Shown here piece by piece: positions 49,929 to 59,300 of a stretch of DNA of 64,000 nt. The position numbers and the translations under genes were made by a program. The DNA comes from a virus, in IMG/VR virus record IMGVR_UViG_3300025102_000012, positions 28,809-92,808 of that record, one strand, 5' to 3'. Numbering within the stretch: position 1 is the stretch's first letter; every line of letters begins with the position of its first letter. The notes beneath the pieces are model-generated. The model was not told where the DNA came from. It saw only the letters and a program-made list of their open reading frames with translations, and searched no databases.

Positions 49929-51777
49929 TCATTCTTCTTCACCTACTATTGAGTTATAATGGTCTAGGGCTTGAACCCAAGATGTGCAAGTTATAGTTAG
50001 TTCTCTTCTATCAACTTCCCATGTATTGCCATCATCTTCGGGTCTATTAGTCCATATTTCATCTCTAAAGAATAGCATCATAGATACTACATCTTCAAAA
50101 ATATATTTGACCTTCATAGCAATTGTTCCATCATTGTAAATTGTATTTCCAAATTCTTGTTTTACTTTCATTCAATCATCTCCTTCCATGTTTCGGGTAA
50201 GTCTAATCCTTGTTCAAGTGCTTTCATCATTTCAACATGGCTCGCATAATTTCTAATCATTTCATCTAATGTTGTAAGAACATCACCTTTCTTTTTACTC
50301 TCTTCACTCAACCGCTTGACTTCTTCAAGGAGTAGTGGTGCGTCTCTCAATAGTGCATAAGTAGCCATGTGCTGTTCAATCGTTCCAGCCACTTCTTTCA
50401 AATCTGATAAGTGTCCTTCGTATTTGTCTGTGTCAATCATTCAATCACCCTCTTCTGCACCCAATATTGGTAAGTTAGCATAGCCGCCTTCAGTAAGTTG
50501 TAGTGTTCTGCACTAGGGTTTCGTCTAAAACTTAAAAAAGCCATATCAAGACCTTCGCTTGTGGCTAACTTTCGTTCTTCTACTTGCTTTTTAGGGGCAG
50601 GTTGAAAAACAGTTCCGTATGTTTCTGTTATTATTTTATATATTTCTTCTTCCATTTTAATCACCTTACTTGAAGAACCTCTTTGCTTCTTCGTATATTG
50701 TATAATGGTCTTTACGACCACTTTGAGTCTGCATTCTACAATACTCTTTTCTTTGTTCTGCTATCGTCACATCTAAGTTTAGATATTCATCTTTCCATAT
50801 TCTTTGTTCTTTCACTTTGTCTTTCATTTTCATTTGGTTTCACGCCCATTTTTATTTTTATTTCGTCAAGACAACCTTGACATATATTTATTTTTATTTC
50901 TGATAGTTCTTCAGTTTCCAACTCGGTAAAAACTGCAACAACTTCATGTTTTGCTCTTAGATAACAAACATTGCATCTAAGTATATCTTCTGTTTTGAAG
51001 ATAGTATTTCCTATAATTTTCTTAATCCATTCAAACATAGGACATCATCCTAATCTGTCGTCTTTGAATTTTTGATAGTCAATGTCTTCTTTGTCTGCCT
51101 TTAGTTGTTCTTCATCAACATAACCTAAGTCCGATGCTATCTCGTCAATTATATCATTGACTGAATCTAGGTTCTCTACTAAGATTTCTTCTAACAAATC
51201 CATGTAGTCATCCGGAGTCATGTTGCTCTTTAGCATATCTACTATTGTGGAATATCCACAACTTTCTACTATATCTTGTATTGTCATTTAAATTACCTCT
51301 TTATTAGTGAATAGGAGGAGAAGGGAGTCGCCTATTGGGAGTTGAGTTCAACAGGCTTACTTCTTTGTTGCACCTGACTCGACCTTCTCCATATTTGAAT
51401 CAATTGATTACCAATTAACTCAACAAAACCAACCGTCATTACAACCATTGAATCGCCCTACCCCCCCTCGACAGTATATAAGGGGCGCTACCCCCTCGAC
51501 CCTCCCCTCAAACAAGTCAAATTGGGAACGATTCGGTCAAAAAGAGATAAAGCATCACGCTAAGTAACAACAAACTACTTCCCCACCGTATAAGGTTTAA
51601 TCTTACATTGTTAGGAGGATTGCACTTCTTTTCTTGACAATAATGATTGGTTATTAAATTTCCTCGATTAACATAAGTCTCTAGCAAATGATTCGTTCCT
51701 TTTGGAATATCTATTCCGCAGGTTTGGCAAATTGTATCTTCTTTTGCTTTTATAAAAACTTCTTCTATTAATCTCAT
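49929..51777 (-). other. Run of small hypothetical ORFs
   Basis: 49929..50171, 50168..50440, 50437..~50655, 50787..51038, 51045..51287, 51517..51777. Confidence 0.5.
51456..51507 (-). promoter_or_regulatory. TATA box flanked by GC-rich direct repeats
   Basis: CTACCCCC(CC)TCGAC at 51458-51472 and 51488-51500 around TATATAAG (CTTATATA on minus). Confidence 0.55.
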
Positions 51778-51897
51778 ATAATCACCTTAAAAATAAGAGG
51801 GAGAAAACCTTTTGGAGGAAAGAGAATGCACCACAGGTTTTTTTAATTCACCACAAACTCCCAATGGGGAACTAGTCCCCTAGTTCATTGTGACCAC

Positions 51898-52341
51898 TCA
51901 CAACGAATCAAAGTTTCCATCCCAAGAACCCTCTTTGAATAGTTTTGCCAAATGTGTTCTTGTTCTCTTTACTATTGCCTTAGCATAGTCTTCGGCATTC
52001 TCATATTGCTTGCCACCTCTAGCAACTAAAACCTTAGCCATTAGAAAATTGCTATTGTAATATGCTAGTGATGATTCTTCTACTAAGGAACAAGCCTTAT
52101 CTATAGAAATTCTAACTGTAGTTGGCACAGAACTCTTTTTGCCCTTACGGAAAGGTGTTCCATCCCTGCCTCTTAGGAGAGCCTTCAATGCACCCTTAGC
52201 CGCATCTCTCTCATCGGGACTATTATCTCCAATTTGAAGATTCAACCTTAGCACCTGCTTTAGTCCATCTTCTAATTTCGTGTCTGCTTCTAAATATTCT
52301 TCAACCTCTACTTTGAGGCTATTCCATTCTATGTTATCCAT
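51898..52341 (-). CDS. Paralog family member 1 (RKG..SS / KE..WDG family)
   Basis: Shares W..., G.P.RKG..S, GG and KE..WDG with 53663 and 56724. Confidence 0.6.
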   Translation of the reverse strand: MDNIEWNSLKVEVEEYLEADTKLEDGLKQVLRLNLQIGDNSPDERDAAKGALKALLRGRDGTPFRKGKKSSVPTTVRISIDKACSLVEESSLAYYNSNFLMAKVLVARGGKQYENAEDYAKAIVKRTRTHLAKLFKEGSWDGNFDSL

Positions 52342-52454
52342 GTTAATCTCCAACAAATTATTACTTTATTTGGCGTATATAAGCGACCCTAATGTTTTAC
52401 TTAAAGCATTAAATCACTATTACTCTAAATCAATTTTATGCGGTCTTTTACATT

Positions 52455-52860
52455 CATCTCATGGATGATACATCCCATCATTCGTCTCAAAGTGAGACAA
52501 ATGCCTTATGTTACACAAGTCACTCTTACAGAAGGACATCTCGTAAATTCAATTCGTCTCATCTCATCTCATCCATCTCACCATATATCTCTCTCATAGG
52601 GACTCATAACTACCCTCTAAGAAAAGGACTTATGGGGTAGTAGTATTATGATGATGATGATGATATGAGATATGAGATATATGAGATAGATATAGTGATA
52701 ATATATATTATGTTACATATCTCTACCTCTCAGCCCCAACTATGTCGCATCTCATTCAATTTTTTCGGTGAGACGAATCAAACATTCTATATTATATTAT
52801 TATAGATATACAAGATATAATATTCTTATTATAATACATATAAGACCAATTGAAAGAGAG
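52455..52860. repeat. Non-coding region with direct and inverted ATCTCA/TGAGAT and ATTCGTCTCA repeats (candidate origin)
   Basis: ATTCGTCTCA at 52480 and 52552, inverse at 52769; tandem ATCTC(A) 52561-52580 opposite TGAGATA x3 at ~52666-52688; AT-rich flank; strand switch. Confidence 0.6.
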
Positions 52861-53140
52861 CATTAATTGAATATGCTATACATATAACGATAAGTTTTGA
52901 TAAAAAATAGGGGTTGTTTAAGTATTGCTTAACCAAAACCCTTTGTTAAGTGATGTTATTACCATATGGTTGCACTTTGGTTTAACCCGGTGCGATTTTT
53001 TGAATAGGTTCGCTTCCTATTGGGGGTTTGGAGGGGTGGGACTTCTCAGGAGTTATCATCGCTTAACCCTAAGCGGGGTAATTTTTCATTCCCGTATGTA
53101 CATTCTATTTTGAACTCGTTTCGATACTGCCCCATGAATA

Positions 53141-53386
53141 TTAACCAAATATATCATCAAATATTGTTCTCTTTCTCCCTAGTGGTTTTATGCTACTAGG
53201 TCTATCATGACAAGTAACGCATACATCTGTAAAATCAATTAAGGGATTTGCTGTGTTTCTAAATTTTTCGGTATATACTCGAATATGAGGTTGCCGACCT
53301 GCATAACCGCCTTTGAATTTATCGCATTCATAGCAACTCTTTGTTGGCATTTCTTTTTCCCAATGAATTTCATTTTCTCTAGTCAT
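53141..53386 (-). CDS. Cassette gene, zinc-binding protein
   Basis: CYEC...CVTC; preceded by a 40-aa ORF at 53383..53505. Confidence 0.5.
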   Translation of the reverse strand: MTRENEIHWEKEMPTKSCYECDKFKGGYAGRQPHIRVYTEKFRNTANPLIDFTDVCVTCHDRPSSIKPLGRKRTIFDDIFG

Positions 53387-53662
53387 TCTTCATACCTCTT
53401 AATCAAAATAATGTTATAATTTGGATTTATCACATTTAGTCCATTATACAAGGCGTTGCGATAATATAATTTTCCTCTATAATTTAATATGTCATATTTA
53501 TGCATGGTAAACCCATAACTCTACTATATTTAAGGTAATGACCACAAAGTTACCATTACCATATGGTAGTGCTTTGGGCTACCTTAATTAATATCAAATA
53601 GAGTTACTTGGGTGCTTCAATGGGGAGCAAACACATCAAATCAACCATAAGGAGTTGAAACC

Positions 53663-54187
53663 ATGAAAGAAACAAATTGGAATATAAATGCAAACAAAGT
53701 AAAGACTTGGGCGGAAACCCAAAACGAAAAAGACCCTCAAGTAATGGCAATTATGCTATCACTTGGGCTTGGTGAAGCGGCAGGTACTGACGAAATGAGA
53801 AGTACATATTGGACGGCTATTCGTTCAATAGGTTCTACTATGGAAGGTTTTCCAGCCGCTCGCAAAGGACAGTTATCATCACTTACAGACAAACAACAGA
53901 TTGTTTTGGATGCTGTGGAAACAACAGTCGTGAATGCTTTTGCGGCAATCCCTACTGAATACCACGATGTCATACTTGCTGTCATTGTACCAAACGGTAG
54001 GACTGGTGGCGTATTTGAAGATTACAACGCATTCACTAGCGACATGAAAAGAAAGGCTCACAACTATATGTTGAAGTCAATCAAAGAAAACCGTTGGGAC
54101 GGAACAAAGGCAAACAAAGCCGGAGTACCAACAATAACCCCATCGGTTCCAAAATCAAAGGTCGAAGAGGTGACTGAAGAGGTTTGA
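53663..54187 (+). CDS. Paralog family member 2 (cassette gene)
   Basis: AAGGAG SD; MRSTYWTAIRSIGST identical to 56724. Confidence 0.7.
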   Translation: MKETNWNINANKVKTWAETQNEKDPQVMAIMLSLGLGEAAGTDEMRSTYWTAIRSIGSTMEGFPAARKGQLSSLTDKQQIVLDAVETTVVNAFAAIPTEYHDVILAVIVPNGRTGGVFEDYNAFTSDMKRKAHNYMLKSIKENRWDGTKANKAGVPTITPSVPKSKVEEVTEEV

Positions 54188-54314
54188 TGTTGTTGTTTCC
54201 CCATTGTTGCGCCTTTGCGCTTCATTGGGGTTCGCCAAAGACAAACCATATGGTTGTATGCTTTGCATACGACCCTAATATATCAATTAAGAATATTTTG
54301 TTTGGTGATAAAAT

Positions 54315-55025
54315 ATGGATATGACATACGAGCGCACAATGAAAATTAAATATACAGAAAACGAATTAACAGATACAGAAATGAGAAAACTAGCCCACGA
54401 CTTACAACAAGAAGGGCTTGATATGGTAGATTGGGGAAATGAGGAAGTATTACAATACGGATTCAAACCAATGACCACAACTAAAACTCGCCATGTAATA
54501 AAAAACAGTAGGGGCAAAGTAATTTACTCAAACACATACCGACACAATACCGCAGAAGTTTACAATCAAATAAAAGAGTTCTACAAAGTAACAAGAGAGG
54601 AAGTGGAACAAGTTACCACAATCGAAGGTTGGGTAGAGCCGAACGGAACTAGGTTGAGCCTTGTTGATGAAAGTGACAAATATAGAATAGTAACGGATTA
54701 TGTTGGTAATTATTATTATGAGGAAGAAGAAGTACAAATGCTAGTCAAAATAAATAATAGCAGTTATCAAGGTTTTACATTAGAAATAATTACTACTTGG
54801 AAGACTGATAAAATTCAAAGAGCAGACCTTATCAAACAACGATTAGTAGAACTTCCACTTGAAGAAGTTGGTAAAATACAAACTATCTTAGAATCTTGTT
54901 TGAGTGAGTATAGAGTAGTACCCGAACATCCGGAGATTGATTGTCACTTTGATGCTAAGACTGAAACAACTAGTGAATGTTCACCCGATATAATCAAGTT
55001 AGTTAGAGAGGCGAGAAATCAATGA
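54315..55025 (+). CDS. Cassette gene, hypothetical protein
   Basis: 236 aa, GGTGA SD, after palindrome 3. Confidence 0.65.
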   Translation: MDMTYERTMKIKYTENELTDTEMRKLAHDLQQEGLDMVDWGNEEVLQYGFKPMTTTKTRHVIKNSRGKVIYSNTYRHNTAEVYNQIKEFYKVTREEVEQVTTIEGWVEPNGTRLSLVDESDKYRIVTDYVGNYYYEEEEVQMLVKINNSSYQGFTLEIITTWKTDKIQRADLIKQRLVELPLEEVGKIQTILESCLSEYRVVPEHPEIDCHFDAKTETTSECSPDIIKLVREARNQ

Positions 55026-55168
55026 AGACATACAAGATAATAAGATTTAGACAAGGTAGAGAAACAATAACAATACAAACGGGATTGACACTTGAAGAAG
55101 CACAAGCCCATTGTCAAGATGATGAAACAAGAGGAGATGGTTGGTTTGACGGTTACACTGAAGAATAA
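55022..55168 (+). CDS. Small phage-type protein (48 aa)
   Basis: MKTYKIIRF...GLTLEEAQAHC...WFDGYTEE; ATGA overlap with upstream gene. Confidence 0.55.
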   Translation: MKTYKIIRFRQGRETITIQTGLTLEEAQAHCQDDETRGDGWFDGYTEE

Positions 55169-55398
55169 ACTCATTAACATTGTATCACTTGAATGTGCTA
55201 GAACTGACCACAGACATGATTTAAAGCACTGTAAGATTTGTATGAAGGAGAGGAGGAAAAATGGCTCATAAACCCCAAACCAGCATCAATTAAGTTTGAT
55301 GCCCTGTAAGTCCTATATGGCAAGGTTATGCAAAGCATAACCATATGGTAATGTAACTTTGAGGACTACCCCATATACTATCTAGAAATTGGTTTGTC

Positions 55399-55587
55399 AT
55401 GCAGAAATGTAGAGGAATTGCAGGGAAAGGTTGTGGAAAAACAGCATCTTACAGATTGCCATATGCGACAGTTTGTTTTGAATGTTTTGAGATTAATAGA
55501 AAAGATTGGGAATCTAGAGATGAATTAGAAAAAGCCTCAATTCGTCGAGAATGGCGAGTTCAAGGAATTCCTAATCCTTTCGATTAG
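55399..55587 (+). CDS. Cassette gene, small Cys-rich protein
   Basis: C...C...CFEC; ATG about 25 nt after a TATA-like element. Confidence 0.55.
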   Translation: MQKCRGIAGKGCGKTASYRLPYATVCFECFEINRKDWESRDELEKASIRREWRVQGIPNPFD

Positions 55588-55686
55588 GTTTTCCGGCCTC
55601 TTTTGAGGCCACTAACCACAAAGTTATGACCATATGGTTGGGAGGCTTTGTTCTCAACCCTAAATAGGGTTGTTAGTTCTTTGGGC

Positions 55687-55902
55687 ATGTCAAACGATAC
55701 CACACTAGTAGGATATGTAAGAATGACCAACGCAGGGGGACAAATCAAAGTTTCAATCAATGTTGATGCTTTCAAAGATTGTCAAACCTATACAACAAGT
55801 GACGGACAAGTATATGTCCCACTGATTATATCAGCAAATGCTCTAAAAGCAGTACAAGATGGAGAAAGAGTAGTAACAACAATCTTTCAGCATGTAGATT
55901 AA
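55687..55902 (+). CDS. Cassette gene, hypothetical protein (likely leaderless)
   Basis: ATG in TTTGGGCATG about 26 nt after TAAATA. Confidence 0.6.
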   Translation: MSNDTTLVGYVRMTNAGGQIKVSINVDAFKDCQTYTTSDGQVYVPLIISANALKAVQDGERVVTTIFQHVD

Positions 55903-55933
55903 TTCCAATGGTTATTAGTGGCCATAACACTAT

Positions 55934-56090
55934 TGAGAAACGAAGGCGAAAGTCAAAAGACCAATATATCAGTCGGAAGGATATGCACGACAGGTTGCAC
56001 AGTGAAGAATACTAGTTGTACTTCATTCACTCCCCTAGAGTCAAGTATCAGCGCTTTAGCGGCTTTTGAATTAGTAGCCCAAGTTTCTCA
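55934..56090 (-). ncRNA. Candidate structured non-coding RNA (~155 nt)
   Basis: Nested stems TGAGAAAC/GTTTCTCA, GGGC/GCCT, TCAAAAG/CTTTTGA, GGGGA/TCCTT enclose two hairpins; G-U pairs only on the minus strand. Confidence 0.55.
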
Positions 56091-56189
56091 TGAGTATTGG
56101 GGTAATGCAAAGCATTACCATATGGTTGCTTCTTTGGTAATAAACCCCGCAGGGAAAATGGCCGAAACCATCTTTTTTGTCGGGATATC

Positions 56190-56579
56190 TCAATAATCTG
56201 CTCTTGGATATCCGTATTGGCCGTAAGTGCAATTATTACACATACAATCGGTATTACAAATATCAAACCCATATCTGCTCCGCCTATATTTTTGAAGGCA
56301 TATGTAGCAATCGGGATTACTTTCATATTCATCACATTCACAATATAACAAGACTTCTAAATTGCTATATGCGTCTTCTATCGGCTTTTTTGCTTCTTTT
56401 GGGAGATTTTTATAGAATGGTTCTTCCATTAAGAGTTTGATAGCGTCTAACTCTTTTAGAGTTGTATCTTTTCTAGCCTCTATCTTCTCTCGTATCTCTT
56501 CATCCGTCAATCCTTCATCTACCCATTGTTCGTATTCGTCTTCGCTGACTCTAATATCATCACCAAAGAATATTGGCAA
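56190..56579 (-). CDS. Cassette gene, acidic N-terminus and Cys-rich C-terminus
   Basis: TTG start after GGTGA; CEC...CYIC...C...CMCNNC. Confidence 0.55.
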   Translation of the reverse strand: MPIFFGDDIRVSEDEYEQWVDEGLTDEEIREKIEARKDTTLKELDAIKLLMEEPFYKNLPKEAKKPIEDAYSNLEVLLYCECDEYESNPDCYICLQKYRRSRYGFDICNTDCMCNNCTYGQYGYPRADY

Positions 56580-56723
56580 TATTCACCTATACTTAGGGTA
56601 GACAAAGCCTACCATATGGTTGTAATCGCTTTGCGAGCGTAGTGCATTACAACCCTAATACTTACAGGAAGTACAGGGTTGCTTCGGAGGGATTGAAGCA
56701 TTAACTTTTAAGGAGTTGATAAT

Positions 56724-57233
56724 ATGAAGGAAGAAAATTGGATAACAAACATAAACAAAGTAAATTTGTGGCTTGAAGAAGAAGATAGAGGAGCAAGCGG
56801 CCAAGCAATTGGTTTGTCTATTACTCTAGGAAATGACTGTGGTAGTGACGATATGCGTTCTACTTATTGGACGGCTATCCGTTCTATAGGTAGTACATAT
56901 ACCGACTTCCCTTTAGCAAGGAAAGGCCAAGCATCTACATTACCAGTAGAAATACAAGTGGCGGTAGATGGTGTGACTTCTGCGGTACAATCTGCTTTTG
57001 CGGATATTACTAATGGTGAGTTAATTACTACTGTAATCTATGCAGGGCTTGGTCGAAGAGGCGGAAAATACTCTTCAATGAATGAATTTGCTGACTATAT
57101 GGCTAAACAAGCAGGTCAAAACCTGTTGAAAGGATATAAAGAAGGTCGTTGGGACGGAACCATGAATGGCGATATCCCGACAATGGCTGCTCCTCCTGTA
57201 AAGGAGAAGAAGGAGGCCAATAAAGAAGATTGA
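56724..57233 (+). CDS. Paralog family member 3 (cassette gene)
   Basis: AAGGAG SD; clear paralog of 53663..54187. Confidence 0.7.
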   Translation: MKEENWITNINKVNLWLEEEDRGASGQAIGLSITLGNDCGSDDMRSTYWTAIRSIGSTYTDFPLARKGQASTLPVEIQVAVDGVTSAVQSAFADITNGELITTVIYAGLGRRGGKYSSMNEFADYMAKQAGQNLLKGYKEGRWDGTMNGDIPTMAAPPVKEKKEANKED

Positions 57234-57339
57234 TGCGGCATTCCCTCCGTTGCACCTCTTTAGGGGGCAATGGCAAAGCCATTACCATATGGTAGTAACT
57301 TTGTGGTACCACACTAATAGGGTTAGATTTTATTTGGGC

Positions 57340-57690
57340 ATGTTTACGAAGAGTATTGGTGATGAAGAAGACGGAGTAGTAGTTAATGTAGGATTATGTG
57401 CTGGAAGGCATGATATTGAGGGAATCACTGATTATATTTTTTCAGAACCTATTGAAAATCCTAATGACTTTAAAACTCTAAGACAAATCGCAAATGAAAG
57501 ATTAGAGGAAATGTGGAATGATGGAAATTGTATCAACATTTATGTTACTGGATTAAGCCAAGCATTAACTATCGTTTTATCAGAAGTTTTTGGTTTATAC
57601 GAATTAACAGAATATGATATTCTGGTTCAGGTCTATCATTGGGATAGAGAAACAGAAACCTACAAGGGTCATACCATCGTAGGTAGTTAA
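57340..57690 (+). CDS. Cassette gene, alpha/beta protein (likely leaderless)
   Basis: ATG in TTTGGGCATG; GLCAGRH..I...YIF...IYVTGLS.AL...YHWDRE. Confidence 0.6.
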   Translation: MFTKSIGDEEDGVVVNVGLCAGRHDIEGITDYIFSEPIENPNDFKTLRQIANERLEEMWNDGNCINIYVTGLSQALTIVLSEVFGLYELTEYDILVQVYHWDRETETYKGHTIVGS

Positions 57691-57784
57691 AACCCTTCGG
57701 GGCAACCTCAAAGATATTACCATATGGTGTGGTCTTTGACCGTTGGTAATACACCCTATATAGGAGGTATTTGAGTCAATAGTC

Positions 57785-58267
57785 ATGGATAATGATATTA
57801 CCATTAATAAGGAGGCAAAAACTAACAGTTCTATAACTCTCCATGTATGTAGAACTGGGAAGAAAGAGCAATACTACACCCTATACGAGGAAGGGATAGT
57901 AGCAAGACCATATAGGTGCAATTACTTTTGTAACTATGTACAAAACTTAGCACACTCAAAAGTTGATGCTATGGAAAAGGCACAAAAGAGGCAACAAGAA
58001 TTAGTTGATAGTGGCTTTTGGTTCACTGTTGAAGTAGAATATCATGATTCTCCACGAATCATATATGCTAGAATGGAGGCCTTTGGTGCTGAATTCAAGA
58101 CTTCTAAATCCGGTACTACAATGTGGGCTAACGCTACACCCGAATTTTGGGACAATTGGAAAGCAAATAAACAATTAATCAAGAATGCTGGATTTTGGGT
58201 CAAGAGAACTAATACTGGTCAATGGCTTGTTTTCGTCAAGAGGGATGCAGACTTCGATTATAGTTGA
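57785..58267 (+). CDS. Cassette gene, hypothetical protein
   Basis: ATG about 25 nt after TATATA, following palindrome 9. Confidence 0.6.
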   Translation: MDNDITINKEAKTNSSITLHVCRTGKKEQYYTLYEEGIVARPYRCNYFCNYVQNLAHSKVDAMEKAQKRQQELVDSGFWFTVEVEYHDSPRIIYARMEAFGAEFKTSKSGTTMWANATPEFWDNWKANKQLIKNAGFWVKRTNTGQWLVFVKRDADFDYS

Positions 58268-58800
58268 GGCCTAATAAAAAACACATGATGTTTTCCCCAA
58301 TTGGGGTTTTTACGGGCAAAGCCCAACCATATGGCTTTGTATTCTAAAATTTTTATTTTTGATTAGATTAAAACAAACAGGCTTTTAATGTAGCGTTTTG
58401 CCTATTTTCAAAGAACTAATATTGCTTTAATTAATACCGATGAAGTTATATCTTGCATAACATTACGCTTTCTTGATACGGATGCCTACTAATGAAGAGA
58501 ACTACAAATACTCTTTTAATTGTATTAGTTTTTTAATATAACTTAATTAGTACGCATATGTAACAACGGTAAATGGAGGTAAAGCGTACTTTTAAATGAA
58601 TTACTGGTTAAATTCTAATTAACTAATTCAGAATTATATAGGTTAAATAAAACAATTAAAAACTATATTATTATTATAAATCAATACATTATAATTAAAT
58701 GATTATCTTTTTATCCTGTTTATACATACGAATATAAAAAAATAAAAACGCAAGTGCCAAATAAATTCCACCACATTTTTTGAGAAAAAGAGATGATAAC

Positions 58801-59040
58801 ATGACATGGAAAAATAATATTAAGAAAAAAGACACATTAGACGACCTACCCGAGGGATTTAATAAAAGTATAGGGATAGTAATACGAGGGCTTGAAAATG
58901 CCGATTTGTTTGAATATTTAGATGAGAAACAAAATAGAGGAATGACTAATAGTGATTTAATCGGTTTACTTGATGATTTACAAGGAACTCTTGAGAAACT
59001 AATGGAAGCAGATTACGATAGAAGAACAGGTAATATTTGA
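58801..59040 (+). CDS. MxW-tag family protein (MTWKNNIKK)
   Basis: ATG at 58801. Confidence 0.6.
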   Translation: MTWKNNIKKKDTLDDLPEGFNKSIGIVIRGLENADLFEYLDEKQNRGMTNSDLIGLLDDLQGTLEKLMEADYDRRTGNI

Positions 59041-59073
59041 AAAAATCCGCCACAAATTTTTGGAGAAATTAAT

Positions 59074-59298
59074 ATGACATGGAAAGACGAGATTAAAAAA
59101 GAAGATAGAAGAAGTCCTGTTGATATGGGCGATGGTGTTCCTTTAAGTAAGATAGAAGAAAATATTTACCAAGCCCTTGCTAATGTTGAAGATAAGTGGG
59201 AAGCAAGAGATAAAGAAGAAAACAAAATTAGGCGAGAAACTATTAAGAGATTAGAAGATGCCTTAGAAGATATAGCAGAATTATTAAAAGAGGATTGA
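59074..59298 (+). CDS. MxW-tag family protein (MTWKDEIKK)
   Basis: ORF track. Confidence 0.6.
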   Translation: MTWKDEIKKEDRRSPVDMGDGVPLSKIEENIYQALANVEDKWEARDKEENKIRRETIKRLEDALEDIAELLKED

Positions 59299-59300
59299 TT

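Larger units (their letters stand above)
52946..58339. repeat. Ten dispersed bipartite palindromes CAAAG-Nx-ACCATATGGT-Ny-CTTTG delimiting gene cassettes
   Basis: Cores at 52961, 53558, 54245, 55340, 55629, 56117, 56611, 57284, 57719, 58326. Confidence 0.92.

Noticed and set aside
55918-56440. ORFs 55918..56196, 56048..56341 and 56177..56440, and the N-terminal extensions of 55648 and 57250
   Set aside because: They cross a palindrome (recurring YHMV/HMV peptide is the translated repeat) or overlap better-supported genes and the structured RNA.
52946-58339. CRISPR array or mini-array interpretation of the palindromic repeats
   Set aside because: Spacing is 290-1100 bp and irregular, intervals contain whole genes, and repeat interiors vary. 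No cas operon; the Cas4-like gene is a stand-alone nuclease in the replication block.
58340-58760. Very AT-rich ORF-free stretch as a specific element
   Set aside because: No clear repeats or structure beyond AT richness. It may hold a promoter or genome end, but this cannot be supported.
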